This document shows, piece after piece, positions 10,656 through 20,784 of a DNA stretch of 64,000 nucleotides; position 1 is the stretch's first letter; each line of letters opens with the position of its first letter. The DNA comes from a virus. Taxonomy: Duplodnaviria > Heunggongvirae > Uroviricota > Caudoviricetes. Both the position numbers and the translations under genes were made by a program. The DNA is taken from positions 238,007 through 302,006 of IMG/VR virus record IMGVR_UViG_3300028886_000029; one strand, written 5' to 3'. A model generated the notes under the pieces. It had not been told where the DNA came from and ran no database searches. It saw only the letters and a program-made list of their open reading frames with translations.

Positions 10656-12560
10656 TTATTTAATTAACCACCTATAGGCATCAATAATTGTGTTACCCAC
10701 TTTGGTTGTTGTGTGGTTTGTATATATCGGTAAATATGTTTTGTTTGGCTCAGCCGAAATGGTGGTGTTTCTCTTTTCTTTTTCCTGATATTTATCAAGT
10801 TGTATTCTTTTTGTGGCATTAATCCAAGCCTGTAAGAAACCAGCGTCTCTTTCTCTTGCTTGTTGTAAATTATTGAAATGAAATTTATAAACAAACATAC
10901 CCATGGCCAAACAAGTAAGTGTATCATCATGACACCCGTCCTGATGGTCTTGTCTACCGTTTTTAAATATCCAAGTGTCTAACTCTGATATGACTCTTGT
11001 GCTTCTTATCTTAATTTCATTGGTTCTAATCATGTTAGCAAAATGCGCCAACATCTGAAACCTTACTGAACTACTATGAAAACCAGGTAATTTACCGTCA
11101 TTGGTTAATTGTAACGAAGAAGCGTCTCTTTGTATGGTATATGTTTTAAGATTAGGGTCATCATAATACAAATTTGTATAACCTAAGTTTAATAATGTCA
11201 AAACTGTTGAATCACCATAACCACCAATACACTCAACAACAGCAAACGCTTCATTATATAACATTCCATACCAATAAGCAAGCTCACCAAGGTTATCACC
11301 AGTTATTTTACCATTGTATTCAAGGACTTGTTCAGCACAAGGTAAACCATTGTCATCAACACCATCCAAATCAACAATTTCAAGCGCGGAACGGTCATCA
11401 CTATCTCCACGACTTGGGTCAATTGGCATGATATATCTATGACCTGGAATAGGCTTTTTCCAAACCCTTGTGTCTTCCAGATGAAACATATCACCATCAT
11501 CTGATTTGGGTAATGGCTCTCTTACATTTAATTTTTCCTGCATGTCAATGTACTCAGGTTCCACAACATTAGACGCTGAACCTAAGAATGACACATCCAA
11601 CTCCTGAGCGATTTTTTGCTCATCATTGTTAAACTGTTGGCACATTTTGATGTACCAAGGAGACCTTGGTGACCAACCGTCTTTCGTCATTTGTGTCCAA
11701 TGGTCATTGTCCCATTTAACATCACCTTCTTTGTTTAGTAGCGGTTCTTTAAATATCTCAATTTCACCGGTTTCTTTGTTTTTCCTTGTCCACTCTAAAA
11801 ACTTATTGTATCTTGGGTCTTGGTACCATTTTAGTTCAACAAGTTCAAAATTGTTCCAATCAGAAGTTCCTTTTAGTGCTGCTCTCCTGCATGTTTCATA
11901 ATACAATTGGTCTTTACCGTTAGGGGTAGAAATCATAATCGTATGACCACCAGTTGAAATTGTTGGTACGGCTGAGGCATAAACGTCCTTACCGTTTTCA
12001 ATAAAAGCAGCTTCATCAAACACCAACCATGTAACACCGCCAACACCTCTGGAAGCATCAGGGCCTGATGACCTTGCGACAACTTTACATCCGTTTTTTA
12101 ACCTTAACTCTTTATTGTTACAGACATCAAAAATAACATTTTTGTTTTCCGGTGGTTTAAGAATATCATAACCTTTATCAAAAAAGTCATCACCCCACAT
12201 CCATAACGGAAATTGAAGTAAAAAATCCCTCACTTTAAAAAGAAACTGTTGTGCCAAATCCAAAGTATTACCAATACATAGAACAGTTTGTGGCATATCT
12301 TTATCCGCAAGGCACATCTCACATGAAATAAAAGCACTTGCGGTTGTTGTAATACCTGCTTGACGTGGCTTAGTGGTGACAACGTTATGTCCACTTGCAA
12401 AAGCGTGACATAAGTCTTGTTGTCTTGGAAACAGTTTGAAATTTATTTCCCTACCTTGAGTGGCATCATATGTTTTAAGAAAATTTTGAATCATATAAAT
12501 TCTACTTTTGTCCCTAAAACATTTGATGTACTCAGTCTGTAAATACCTAATATCTACCAT
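10656..12560 (-). CDS. Terminase large subunit (T4 gp17-like)
   Basis: Q-motif LFPRQ, Walker A KPRQAGITT, Walker B LVFDEAAF, coupling motif ISTPNG, nuclease motifs IDPSRG and HDD. Confidence 0.95.
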   Translation of the reverse strand: MVDIRYLQTEYIKCFRDKSRIYMIQNFLKTYDATQGREINFKLFPRQQDLCHAFASGHNVVTTKPRQAGITTTASAFISCEMCLADKDMPQTVLCIGNTLDLAQQFLFKVRDFLLQFPLWMWGDDFFDKGYDILKPPENKNVIFDVCNNKELRLKNGCKVVARSSGPDASRGVGGVTWLVFDEAAFIENGKDVYASAVPTISTGGHTIMISTPNGKDQLYYETCRRAALKGTSDWNNFELVELKWYQDPRYNKFLEWTRKNKETGEIEIFKEPLLNKEGDVKWDNDHWTQMTKDGWSPRSPWYIKMCQQFNNDEQKIAQELDVSFLGSASNVVEPEYIDMQEKLNVREPLPKSDDGDMFHLEDTRVWKKPIPGHRYIMPIDPSRGDSDDRSALEIVDLDGVDDNGLPCAEQVLEYNGKITGDNLGELAYWYGMLYNEAFAVVECIGGYGDSTVLTLLNLGYTNLYYDDPNLKTYTIQRDASSLQLTNDGKLPGFHSSSVRFQMLAHFANMIRTNEIKIRSTRVISELDTWIFKNGRQDHQDGCHDDTLTCLAMGMFVYKFHFNNLQQARERDAGFLQAWINATKRIQLDKYQEKEKRNTTISAEPNKTYLPIYTNHTTTKVGNTIIDAYRWLIK

Positions 12561-12607
12561 AATAAGTTATTTTTCCTTTATTAATAAATATATTAAATAG
12601 TATTAAT

Positions 12608-12639
12608 TTTGTTTTTTTTCTTTAAATTTTATATTTTTG
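12608..12639 (+). promoter_or_regulatory. Bacteroidota-type sigma-A promoter (TTTG-N20-TAnnTTTG)
   Basis: TTTG at 12608-11, 20-nt spacer, TATTTTTG at 12632-39. Confidence 0.55.
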
Positions 12640-12698
12640 AAAAAAAAAAGTTGTAAACACAGATAAAGGTATATTTATATTAAAAACAAAAAAAAAAT

Positions 12699-13655
12699 AT
12701 GAAAACACAACTGAATGAAACAATTGATTTGATGAAAAGAATGAATCTTCTTGAAGGAACAACACCCAGACAACAGGTAACAAGGGATGAGATTATTGAC
12801 ATCTTAAATAAACAAGATGAAAACGGAGGGGGTACATATGCTTCATTTATATATGTAAAACCTCAGTCTTTTTACACGACAAGAAAAAATTGGCGTAAGG
12901 ATGATGTCAGCAAAGCACTTGCCAATTACACTGAAATGGACAATGAACATTGGTACCCACACGTTAAAAAATTTAACGATGACGAAAACATTAAAAAATT
13001 AAGTGGTATTGATGGTATAATTGTGACAACAAGGTATAATGTCCACTGGACAACACCTGAAAGTTATAAGAAAGCATATTCTGATTATTCAGAAAAATTA
13101 CACAATCTCAGAATGAGAAACGGTATTGGGATGGAAAGTAATGGTATGCTTGGTGATAACCATAACCAAAGACAAGAAAGTGATTACGGTCCACAAGCGA
13201 ACCAAACAGGTAAACTTTCAAAAGATTTTAATTTAGCGGGTATGACAACAAAACCGAAATCAACATGTTATGTTGTTGATAGTGAAGGCCATGTTAAGGG
13301 TGGCATTCCTGATGATGTAATTAAAGCGATGAACAAACCTTATTCCGCACCTGCGCCTGAAAGGGGTGTATCTGATGTGTTATCAGGTGAGGCACTTGAG
13401 GCTTATATGAAAGCAAAAGCCGAACTTGACAAAACCTTTAGTCCAAGAAACTTCTTGTTTGATAGGATTCTGTCTATTGTGGCAACGGTTAACGGCACAT
13501 CATATTACTACATTAATGACGCTATTAAATCTGAAATCAAGGCTAAATCAGACATTATGGTTAACCCACAGGACATGCAAAAAATAGCGATTGAGCAACT
13601 TTCCGATTCATTTAAGGAAATTGCTGACTATGACCCTAATATTTATAAAAACTAA
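12699..13655 (+). CDS. Hypothetical protein with scaffold-like N-terminal leader
   Basis: 318-aa ORF; N-terminus LNETIDLMKRM resembles the scaffold C-terminus LLNTIDLIKRM. Confidence 0.6.
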   Translation: MKTQLNETIDLMKRMNLLEGTTPRQQVTRDEIIDILNKQDENGGGTYASFIYVKPQSFYTTRKNWRKDDVSKALANYTEMDNEHWYPHVKKFNDDENIKKLSGIDGIIVTTRYNVHWTTPESYKKAYSDYSEKLHNLRMRNGIGMESNGMLGDNHNQRQESDYGPQANQTGKLSKDFNLAGMTTKPKSTCYVVDSEGHVKGGIPDDVIKAMNKPYSAPAPERGVSDVLSGEALEAYMKAKAELDKTFSPRNFLFDRILSIVATVNGTSYYYINDAIKSEIKAKSDIMVNPQDMQKIAIEQLSDSFKEIADYDPNIYKN

Positions 13656-13658
13656 ATT

Positions 13659-14054
13659 ATGTCAAAAGAGAAAAAATATCAGGAACTCATGAAAAAATAT
13701 GAGGAACTAGAAAAAAAACTTGGTGTTATTGAAGACGACTGTGCGAAAAAAAACATGCCGTTTGACGATATGTATAAAGAAACATACGACATAAGAAACG
13801 AAATGTTTAGCATATATCAGGAAGCAAGACTGTTACAAGAGCCAACAATTGAGTTTGGTAAAACATGGAAAGGCTCACTGCACACAATGGATGAGTTCAA
13901 GGAAATGTGTCTTAATAACGAAATTACTGACAATGATGGATATGGCTATTATGCCACAGAAATAGGAAAAAGCAATATCTTGATTATGCCTTCGGATATA
14001 TTGGAAAATAAATATAGAACCGATTTCTCACATGTGATTTGGTTTGGAAAGTGA
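13659..14054 (+). CDS. Hypothetical protein
   Basis: 131-aa ORF co-oriented with the previous gene and followed by a terminator. Confidence 0.6.
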   Translation: MSKEKKYQELMKKYEELEKKLGVIEDDCAKKNMPFDDMYKETYDIRNEMFSIYQEARLLQEPTIEFGKTWKGSLHTMDEFKEMCLNNEITDNDGYGYYATEIGKSNILIMPSDILENKYRTDFSHVIWFGK

Positions 14055-14074
14055 CACTAACAGTGTCACTTTTT
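14048..14074 (+). terminator. Intrinsic terminator
   Basis: aaagtgacact-aac-agtgtcacttttt. Confidence 0.75.
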
Positions 14075-14104
14075 CTTTTATGGAACTATTTATAAACAAA
14101 AAAA

Positions 14105-14527
14105 ATGAAAAAAATTAAAATCAATAACACAAATGTTTATTTAAATAGTTTAATACCATTTAAAGGCTACATTGCCATGAACCTTTTTGGCTTGATATTC
14201 TGGAGAAAAGATTGTGAAAATTTCATTAATAATCCTTATTATACAAATTATGTTAGGGCAACAGTTAACCATGAGACAATACATAAAGAGCAAATTAAGG
14301 ATTTCGCAATACCTTTCTCTTTCTTTGAACCACTCCAAATACTTGTGGGGTCACTGTTCTTCTATCCGTTTTATTTTATGAATTGGCTGTTTAATATTTT
14401 TACATCACCTAAAAAAGCATACAAAAACATATGTTTTGAAAGAGAAGCCTATAATCACGAATACGATTTTGACTATTTGAAACAGAGAAAACACTTTCAA
14501 TTTCTAAAGGAAAAAAGAAAAAAGTAA
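14105..14527 (+). CDS. HExxH zinc-peptidase-like membrane protein
   Basis: NHETIHKEQ, a hydrophobic segment and AYKNICFEREAY; late motif at 14085-14093. Confidence 0.65.
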   Translation: MKKIKINNTNVYLNSLIPFKGYIAMNLFGLIFWRKDCENFINNPYYTNYVRATVNHETIHKEQIKDFAIPFSFFEPLQILVGSLFFYPFYFMNWLFNIFTSPKKAYKNICFEREAYNHEYDFDYLKQRKHFQFLKEKRKK

Positions 14528-14547
14528 CACAATATTGTGTTACTTTT
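14520..14547. terminator. Bidirectional terminator
   Basis: aaaagtaacacaa-ta-ttgtgttactttt palindrome between convergent genes. Confidence 0.7.
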
Positions 14548-14572
14548 ATTGTTTTTAATAGTAAATATACTT

Positions 14573-15493
14573 TTACCTTTTGAACTTCTTTTCGGTTTTG
14601 TTTTCCCTTTTAGGGTAATCATAAACCGTGTTCAACTCAAGAAATTTTTTCCTTAAATATTTGGTTTCCCTTTTGTCTCTTCCAAGAACATAAGCATATT
14701 TATGTTTGCTTGGAAAATATATCTTTTCCGCCTTTTTGTACATTTCTTTGGAATAATCCCTCAGTTTCTTTTCCACATCATCGGGAATATTTTCCCATAA
14801 TACACATTGGTCTGTATTCCAATTTTTTTGCCATTCGATACCCAAATCCTTAGCGTATCTCTTATACATACTCCTTGCCCTAAACGCTCTGTCAGATATC
14901 AGAACATTTGGATTATACGGGTTAACACATCTTACTGTCGTACCGCTACCTTGTCCCAAATAATAAAAATTAAGACCTTGGTAAATACTGCCAATCTCTT
15001 TGGCTTGTGGGTCAGAATAACAAGTGAATAACCTATACTGTGTGTTGTCCACCATCCATTTCATCGCCCACATTAAAAACTTACTACCCAAATTCATTGG
15101 ACACCATGACGCTGACGCACCTCTTATTATAAGTCTCTCAATATTCTTCGTGTCCTCACCCAATAATTTGGAAAAAGCATTTGGCATTCCCATTATTACA
15201 ATACCCCCTAAAATACCTCTATATGTGGCAGAAAACCAATGTGTCGGAAAATTACCATCACCAATACCCCCCAACCACTCATACCTTTCAATAAACCGTA
15301 TGGCCTTATCTTTTTCCTCTTTTGTTGTTATAACCTTAAAAACAAATTCATCAAGATTTATGGAGTTAATGAAATCATCATCCCAACCCAATGTCTTTTT
15401 GTCCTCCTCAAGCGTGTCAATCCTCCTTTGATATTGATAACACCAATCCTTATCGTAATTTTTTATTTTCTCTAAAAGTTTTATGTCACTCAT
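14573..15493 (-). CDS. Mom-like GNAT-fold DNA modification protein
   Basis: FIERYEWLG and YSDPQAKEIGSIYQGLNFYYLG resemble the Mu Mom family pattern (Y.D....GTIYQA.NF.Y.G). Confidence 0.6.
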   Translation of the reverse strand: MSDIKLLEKIKNYDKDWCYQYQRRIDTLEEDKKTLGWDDDFINSINLDEFVFKVITTKEEKDKAIRFIERYEWLGGIGDGNFPTHWFSATYRGILGGIVIMGMPNAFSKLLGEDTKNIERLIIRGASASWCPMNLGSKFLMWAMKWMVDNTQYRLFTCYSDPQAKEIGSIYQGLNFYYLGQGSGTTVRCVNPYNPNVLISDRAFRARSMYKRYAKDLGIEWQKNWNTDQCVLWENIPDDVEKKLRDYSKEMYKKAEKIYFPSKHKYAYVLGRDKRETKYLRKKFLELNTVYDYPKRENKTEKKFKR

Positions 15494-15520
15494 AATATAA
15501 AATTTTTGTAAAAATATAAA

Positions 15521-17065
15521 TTATTTCTTGTTTTCCCAAACATATTTAATTAAACCACAATCCCAAATTCTATCATAACCTAATTTCCTTGCCATCTCAG
15601 TTTCTGTCATGGTAAGTGGCAAACCGTATTTTTTGTGAAGTATTTGCTTTCTGAAATTAAATTTGTGAATCCTCTTACAGTGTCCGTCTGTATATCTATA
15701 ATCAGGCTTTAATATTTTATCCTCTCTAAAACCCATTTTTGTGTATAAATTTTCTTTCTCATTAAAACACCATCTTCTGTCCAAAAATGATTTTATTTTT
15801 GCCGGTTTATAATCACTAATGAAATGTTTTAATATTTTTGATGCAATACCAGGACAAGTATAATTGGTATTAGTCGCAAACCTACTTAAGTTCCACCAAC
15901 CGTTGTTTTCATTTAAAAAAGACATAACACCAACTAGTTCATTATTAAAATATGCGCCATAACTAACAGTACTACCAACGAATCCTTGTATGTGGTATTT
16001 ATTTAGGAAATCTTTAACTGTATCTAAATTGTTTATTACTTTAATTTCACATTTTCTTCCGTATGCCTTTGTTTTATTGGAAGAACAGCCAAGAATGTGC
16101 TCTATTTTCTCCAAAACAATATCTTTGTGTTCTAAATACTCATCCTCAAAAATATGAATTAAATGTACTCCCTTTTCAATACATTTGAGTGTTTTGTCTA
16201 AATGATAATACCTGTCTTTATTATACTTTTCGGAGTGCCAATTTATACCATCAAACTCAAAACCGATATTTAATTTAGGCACAAAAATATCAATCTCTTT
16301 TCCGTTCAGTATTGACGTGTTCCTTTGCTCAACATTATTTTCACCAACTAAATTTTTTATAAAAACATATATTTCATTTTCAGCAATTGACAAATGATTA
16401 CCACATTTTGGACAACTTTTACCCATTAAAAACAAATCAGGTGATGTCATGAACTCGCCATGTTCAACACCCTTATTGTTTTTACAATGACAAATTACAC
16501 AAACCTTGGTTTTACTGTTTATGTAGTTAACTTTACTGTAATCGTATTTGTCACCATAAACCTCTTTTGCTTTTTGTATAAAAATTTCAGTTGTATACCT
16601 TTGTTTCTCACTTTGTTTTCGAACCCCAATTTCAGGGTGTGTACAACCTTTTAAATGTACAACCGGTTCTTGCCAAAATTCACCATATTCCGTACCATCA
16701 GGTCTTAAATCATGTGATATGATTTTTACTTTAGTATGCATGTTCACATATTTTACCTCTGAATAGTCCAAATTTTCACCTTTATGTACTTCTTTAAAAC
16801 GCCTTATTATGTCTTCTTGTTTGGTGCGTTTTGATAAAGAAATTTTTTTACCCTTTTTTTGTGGATGCCCTTGTCCCTTTAAGAAATTACAAGGTAATAT
16901 TTTATATTCACCATATGTGTTCCCATTATCATCTAAGTCATTGTCAATAATAGTCACATGTGTTCTGTTGTTAACATAAAACACCTTACTATAATCCAAA
17001 TTTTCATTTGAATGGACAATTTTTGCTTTTTCTATGAATTTAATTTGTTTTTCGTTTTGTGTCAT
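15521..17065 (-). CDS. Hef-like homing endonuclease (repeats + PD-(D/E)xK/Vsr domain + GNAT-like C-terminal domain)
   Basis: Three DYSKV/DYSEV repeats; EIDIFVP..IGFEFDGINWH nuclease motif; FLNKYHIQG...RIWDCG C-terminal domain. Confidence 0.75.
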   Translation of the reverse strand: MTQNEKQIKFIEKAKIVHSNENLDYSKVFYVNNRTHVTIIDNDLDDNGNTYGEYKILPCNFLKGQGHPQKKGKKISLSKRTKQEDIIRRFKEVHKGENLDYSEVKYVNMHTKVKIISHDLRPDGTEYGEFWQEPVVHLKGCTHPEIGVRKQSEKQRYTTEIFIQKAKEVYGDKYDYSKVNYINSKTKVCVICHCKNNKGVEHGEFMTSPDLFLMGKSCPKCGNHLSIAENEIYVFIKNLVGENNVEQRNTSILNGKEIDIFVPKLNIGFEFDGINWHSEKYNKDRYYHLDKTLKCIEKGVHLIHIFEDEYLEHKDIVLEKIEHILGCSSNKTKAYGRKCEIKVINNLDTVKDFLNKYHIQGFVGSTVSYGAYFNNELVGVMSFLNENNGWWNLSRFATNTNYTCPGIASKILKHFISDYKPAKIKSFLDRRWCFNEKENLYTKMGFREDKILKPDYRYTDGHCKRIHKFNFRKQILHKKYGLPLTMTETEMARKLGYDRIWDCGLIKYVWENKK

Positions 17066-17083
17066 GAAACAATAACTATATTA

Positions 17084-17114
17084 CAAATATATTAATAAAT
17101 ATTGACAGAACAAA
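17084..17114 (-). promoter_or_regulatory. Bacteroidota-type promoter for the endonuclease gene
   Basis: Minus strand TTTG-N19-TATATTTG. Confidence 0.55.
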
Positions 17115-17155
17115 AAAAAACACTAATATTGTGAAACAACTAAATTATAAATAAA

Positions 17156-17186
17156 AAGAGGTCTCTGACACATTCAGAGACCTCTT
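17156..17186 (-). terminator. Terminator after the major capsid gene
   Basis: aagaggtctctga/tcagagacctctt 13-bp stem with a T-run on the minus strand. Confidence 0.8.
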
Positions 17187-17212
17187 CTAAAACATTATTA
17201 ATCAAATACTTA

Positions 17213-19117
17213 TTATCTAAGTTCATTGATGTCCCACTGTGTTAAACCATCCACGTGCACGTGGCCATAGAATCTGTTGTTAACACATTTCTTCGCATAA
17301 CGTGTGATTATACCTTTTACAGGAGCAAAGTTGTGTGGATTGTAGATAACAGGAGTTAACTGCATAGGGATATAAGGGGCGTAGATGTAACCTGTGTCAA
17401 GAAGGCTCTTACCCTTGTGACCAATAATGATTGACCAAGCAGGTGAATAAGGGTCTCTATAAACCTGGTATCTACCACCAAGTGAACCAACTCTCTCAAT
17501 ACCCATATTGTACTGGTCAGACTCTGCGGAAGCGTCTGAAACATGGAAGTACTCAAGGTTATCAAACACAGCTGAAATCTCAGAAGAAACTACAAGGAAG
17601 TTAGCACCACCCCTAAGAGTTGCCTTGTGGATTTGTGCTGAAACCTGATTAACCTTAGTCACAAGTTCCTGATTCCAATCTTTCTGAGTGTAGTTAGTTG
17701 AGAATGCGGCCATTCTTCTCCAACCATTGACATCCCATCTTGCTTGCCAAGGAGCAAATTTCCTAAGGTCTCTAAGGATTTCCCTATCAATCTCAGCAGC
17801 AATCTGCTCTGAAAGAAGTGCTGTTAACTCAGCCTCAGCATCAATGTTGTGGAACGCTGACACGTCCTGTGCAAGTTCAGGTGACCAGGTAGCCCTAAGT
17901 TTCCTTTCCTCAACAGCAACGACAACACTATCAAGTTTGAAAGAAACCTCACCGATTTCGGTCTCAAGCTCAAGGCTGTCATACTGACACCAAGCGACTT
18001 TGAAAAGGTTCTCAATTGACTCAGGTTTCTCAATACCAAGATAACCGTCCATTGAAGCACCCTGTACTCTTGCAGGTTTGGCAAGGTCAACATCAAGGTA
18101 GATGCAACCTTCGGCATCACAAGCACCTGCGTACTCAACCATTCCCTTACCATACTTCTGGGTCACAACTCTGAAAGGAATTGACTCATTAGCGGCAAAG
18201 CAAGTTCCAGACTCAGAACCAAGTTTGTCAGTAGCGACAACTTTAAGAGAAGCAAGGAAAGCCTCAGTATCCATTTCGTTTCCGTCAGGACCTGTAAGTC
18301 TACCTGCGTTGTAAGAAGCGAAGCCAGTAACCTTCAAAATGATGTTTCTAAGGGTACCGTCAGCATAGAGTTTAAGGTCATCCTTAGTAGCCTCAACGAG
18401 TTGTCCTCTCTTGAAAACGACAGGGACAGCCTCACCGACCTTGATATGAATCTTACCCTTTGAGTTATCGAAAAGGAAGTCATTGTAGAAAAGGTCATAA
18501 AGGGTTTTACCCATATACTTGGTAACCTCAGGGGAAACCTGCCTTACTCTCTGACCTTCCTCAAGTGTGGCGAAAGCCTCATCATATGAGGTGAAACCTG
18601 ATGCGACAACATCACCTGATTTGACATCATAGGTCTCAAAAACTTGGTCATTGACAACCTCGTCAGGAAGATAGAACCTGTTATATTTGGAACCATCCCT
18701 TCTGTCAGTTCTCTCATAACCCATAAGGCCACGATGTCTACCGGTTGTACCGTCTTCAATTTCCTCAGAAGACCACTCTCTCTCAGAGGTGACAGGAAGT
18801 AAGAAGAAAAGTTTACCGATAGGTAAGTTCATTGCCTGTACGGAGACAATATCATTAGCAAGAAGTTTGCTGAAAACCCTTCTGATGATAGGGAAGACAA
18901 CAGTCTCAAAGGAACCGCTGTTACTTGCGTCAGAAGCCTCTGAAAGCATCATCTTAGCAGTATTTTCGTAAAGGGTAGCGACATTCTCTTTAATAGCACC
19001 AACAAGGCCATCAACCATACCGAGGCTTGACCATCTGTTAGCGATTTCGTTTCTCATTTTTCTGGTTTCGTTAAGTTCGATAGTACCGACTTGACCAGAC
19101 TTTAAAAAATCAACCAT
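17213..19117 (-). CDS. Major capsid protein (T4 gp23-like)
   Basis: PIIRRVF..L.ANDIVSVQAM, RKLRATWSPELAQD, EIDREI, YAPYIPM and KGIITRY motifs; probable maturation site LSE|A near residue 61. Confidence 0.95.
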   Translation of the reverse strand: MVDFLKSGQVGTIELNETRKMRNEIANRWSSLGMVDGLVGAIKENVATLYENTAKMMLSEASDASNSGSFETVVFPIIRRVFSKLLANDIVSVQAMNLPIGKLFFLLPVTSEREWSSEEIEDGTTGRHRGLMGYERTDRRDGSKYNRFYLPDEVVNDQVFETYDVKSGDVVASGFTSYDEAFATLEEGQRVRQVSPEVTKYMGKTLYDLFYNDFLFDNSKGKIHIKVGEAVPVVFKRGQLVEATKDDLKLYADGTLRNIILKVTGFASYNAGRLTGPDGNEMDTEAFLASLKVVATDKLGSESGTCFAANESIPFRVVTQKYGKGMVEYAGACDAEGCIYLDVDLAKPARVQGASMDGYLGIEKPESIENLFKVAWCQYDSLELETEIGEVSFKLDSVVVAVEERKLRATWSPELAQDVSAFHNIDAEAELTALLSEQIAAEIDREILRDLRKFAPWQARWDVNGWRRMAAFSTNYTQKDWNQELVTKVNQVSAQIHKATLRGGANFLVVSSEISAVFDNLEYFHVSDASAESDQYNMGIERVGSLGGRYQVYRDPYSPAWSIIIGHKGKSLLDTGYIYAPYIPMQLTPVIYNPHNFAPVKGIITRYAKKCVNNRFYGHVHVDGLTQWDINELR

Positions 19118-19153
19118 AATTATTAATTTCCTTTTTATTATTTTTTGTTATTT

Positions 19154-20641
19154 TTAGCAATTTTCCATTCTCTTAATCAAATCAATTGTATTAAGGAGTT
19201 GTTTTGACTGATAATTGGTTTTACCCTCATTAACTGTTTTACTACCCTCAACATTCATTGATTTACTTGATTCAAGAGTAAGGTTTGAGTTCTTTTTGAG
19301 TTGTTTGTCAAGTGTCTCGTAGAGTTTGTTTGATTGCTCAATTGTTTTCGCCTCGTTTGAGAACCTTTCAACAATCTCAATTTTTTCTTGTTGGCTAACG
19401 GTGTTCTCAGTAAAGAGTCTTGTTATCCTTGCAAGATTGTTGTTGGCGACATATGCTTCTTTGACGGTATTTCTTAAATCACTGACAGCCTTTCTAAGCA
19501 TGTTGTTTTCTTTCTTGTAAGCCTCAGCGATTTCCTTGTAATCACTACCGACAGAAATATGTCTTGATACCTTTGGTGCATTTACGTCACCAGAGTTAGG
19601 GGATTTGGTCTTAGGTGACCTTCTCTTAGGTGCTTTTGCTACAGTAACACCCTCGTCAACGATAGGTTCTTCAGTTGGTGAAGTGGCACCACATTCGTCA
19701 ACTTGTTCCTCTGTTACTGTTTTCTCAAAAGGCTCACCCTTTGATTTGGAGTCACCTGCCCATGGTTTCTCAGTACCTGTGGGTACTCCCTTCTCCCAAG
19801 ATTTGCCTGATTTTGAAGGCTCAGTATTGGAAAGTCCTTTAATCGGGTCTTTGTCTTGGTAGTCATCTGTATATCCAAGGTCAACCTCGAATATCATTCC
19901 TTTGCTTTCTTTCATAACTTTTTTAGTTTTTTTGCCTTCACCAATAGGCTCATTATTTGGTGTCTCATCAAAGTCACTGAGTTCAAAATCGTCAGGAACG
20001 AGTTCATCGTCCTCATCCTCATCTGAAGGAATACCTGCGATGTCCTCAGGACCTTCTTTTATAACACCTTCTGTCATACTCTCTTCCTCACCACCTTCAA
20101 CGGTCTCATCACCGTCCGTACCAAGGTCAATTATGAATTCGCTACCAGACTCATTGTCTTTCAAAGAGATTTTGTCACCGTCTTTTTTGACAACAACCCT
20201 GTCATCATCATCCAATAATTTATAAACCTTCACTAATTTGTCATAGTCTTGCACATCTGTGAGGTCATAAGTATTATCATCACCAACCTGATAGTCAGAG
20301 AAAGTGTCCCATTCATCTTCATCGGTTTCAGGTTTCTCCTCTGTTTCTTCCTCCTCCTCACTTTCAGTGTCATCACTGTCGGTGGATTCAGGTTCCTCAG
20401 CGGTTTCTTCACCATCAGCACTTACCTCGTCATCAGTTTGTGTTTCTTTTTCATCATCAACAACTTCGTAATCGTCATCTACCTTATCCTCCTCATCGTC
20501 TTCGATAGATTCACGAATAACATCCTTAACTGCCTCACTGAGCATATCTTTCAATGTGCTCTTGCTTTCCTCCTTAATAGTCTCCTTAAGTTTTTGGGCA
20601 TCAAGGACTGCTTCTTTAATTGTATTATTTGATTTGCTCAT
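19154..20641 (-). CDS. Prohead scaffold/core protein
   Basis: Very acidic ORF with coiled-coil C-terminus, directly upstream of the capsid gene; many [ILV]-x-E sites. Confidence 0.75.
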   Translation of the reverse strand: MSKSNNTIKEAVLDAQKLKETIKEESKSTLKDMLSEAVKDVIRESIEDDEEDKVDDDYEVVDDEKETQTDDEVSADGEETAEEPESTDSDDTESEEEEETEEKPETDEDEWDTFSDYQVGDDNTYDLTDVQDYDKLVKVYKLLDDDDRVVVKKDGDKISLKDNESGSEFIIDLGTDGDETVEGGEEESMTEGVIKEGPEDIAGIPSDEDEDDELVPDDFELSDFDETPNNEPIGEGKKTKKVMKESKGMIFEVDLGYTDDYQDKDPIKGLSNTEPSKSGKSWEKGVPTGTEKPWAGDSKSKGEPFEKTVTEEQVDECGATSPTEEPIVDEGVTVAKAPKRRSPKTKSPNSGDVNAPKVSRHISVGSDYKEIAEAYKKENNMLRKAVSDLRNTVKEAYVANNNLARITRLFTENTVSQQEKIEIVERFSNEAKTIEQSNKLYETLDKQLKKNSNLTLESSKSMNVEGSKTVNEGKTNYQSKQLLNTIDLIKRMENC

Positions 20642-20677
20642 ATAAAAAAGCATTATTAAAATCTTATTATTTCAACA

Positions 20678-20727
20678 ATAAATATTAGATGTTTTCAAAA
20701 AATCTGAAAAATCAACAAATAAATAGT
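20678..20727 (-). promoter_or_regulatory. Tandem putative late promoters for the scaffold-capsid operon
   Basis: AATATTTAT (20678-86) and ACTATTTAT (20719-27) on the minus strand. Confidence 0.55.
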
Positions 20728-20784
20728 TGAAAATTAGATTTTTTCTTCGATTTATATTAATTTTAACGAAAAATGGAGGTATTT

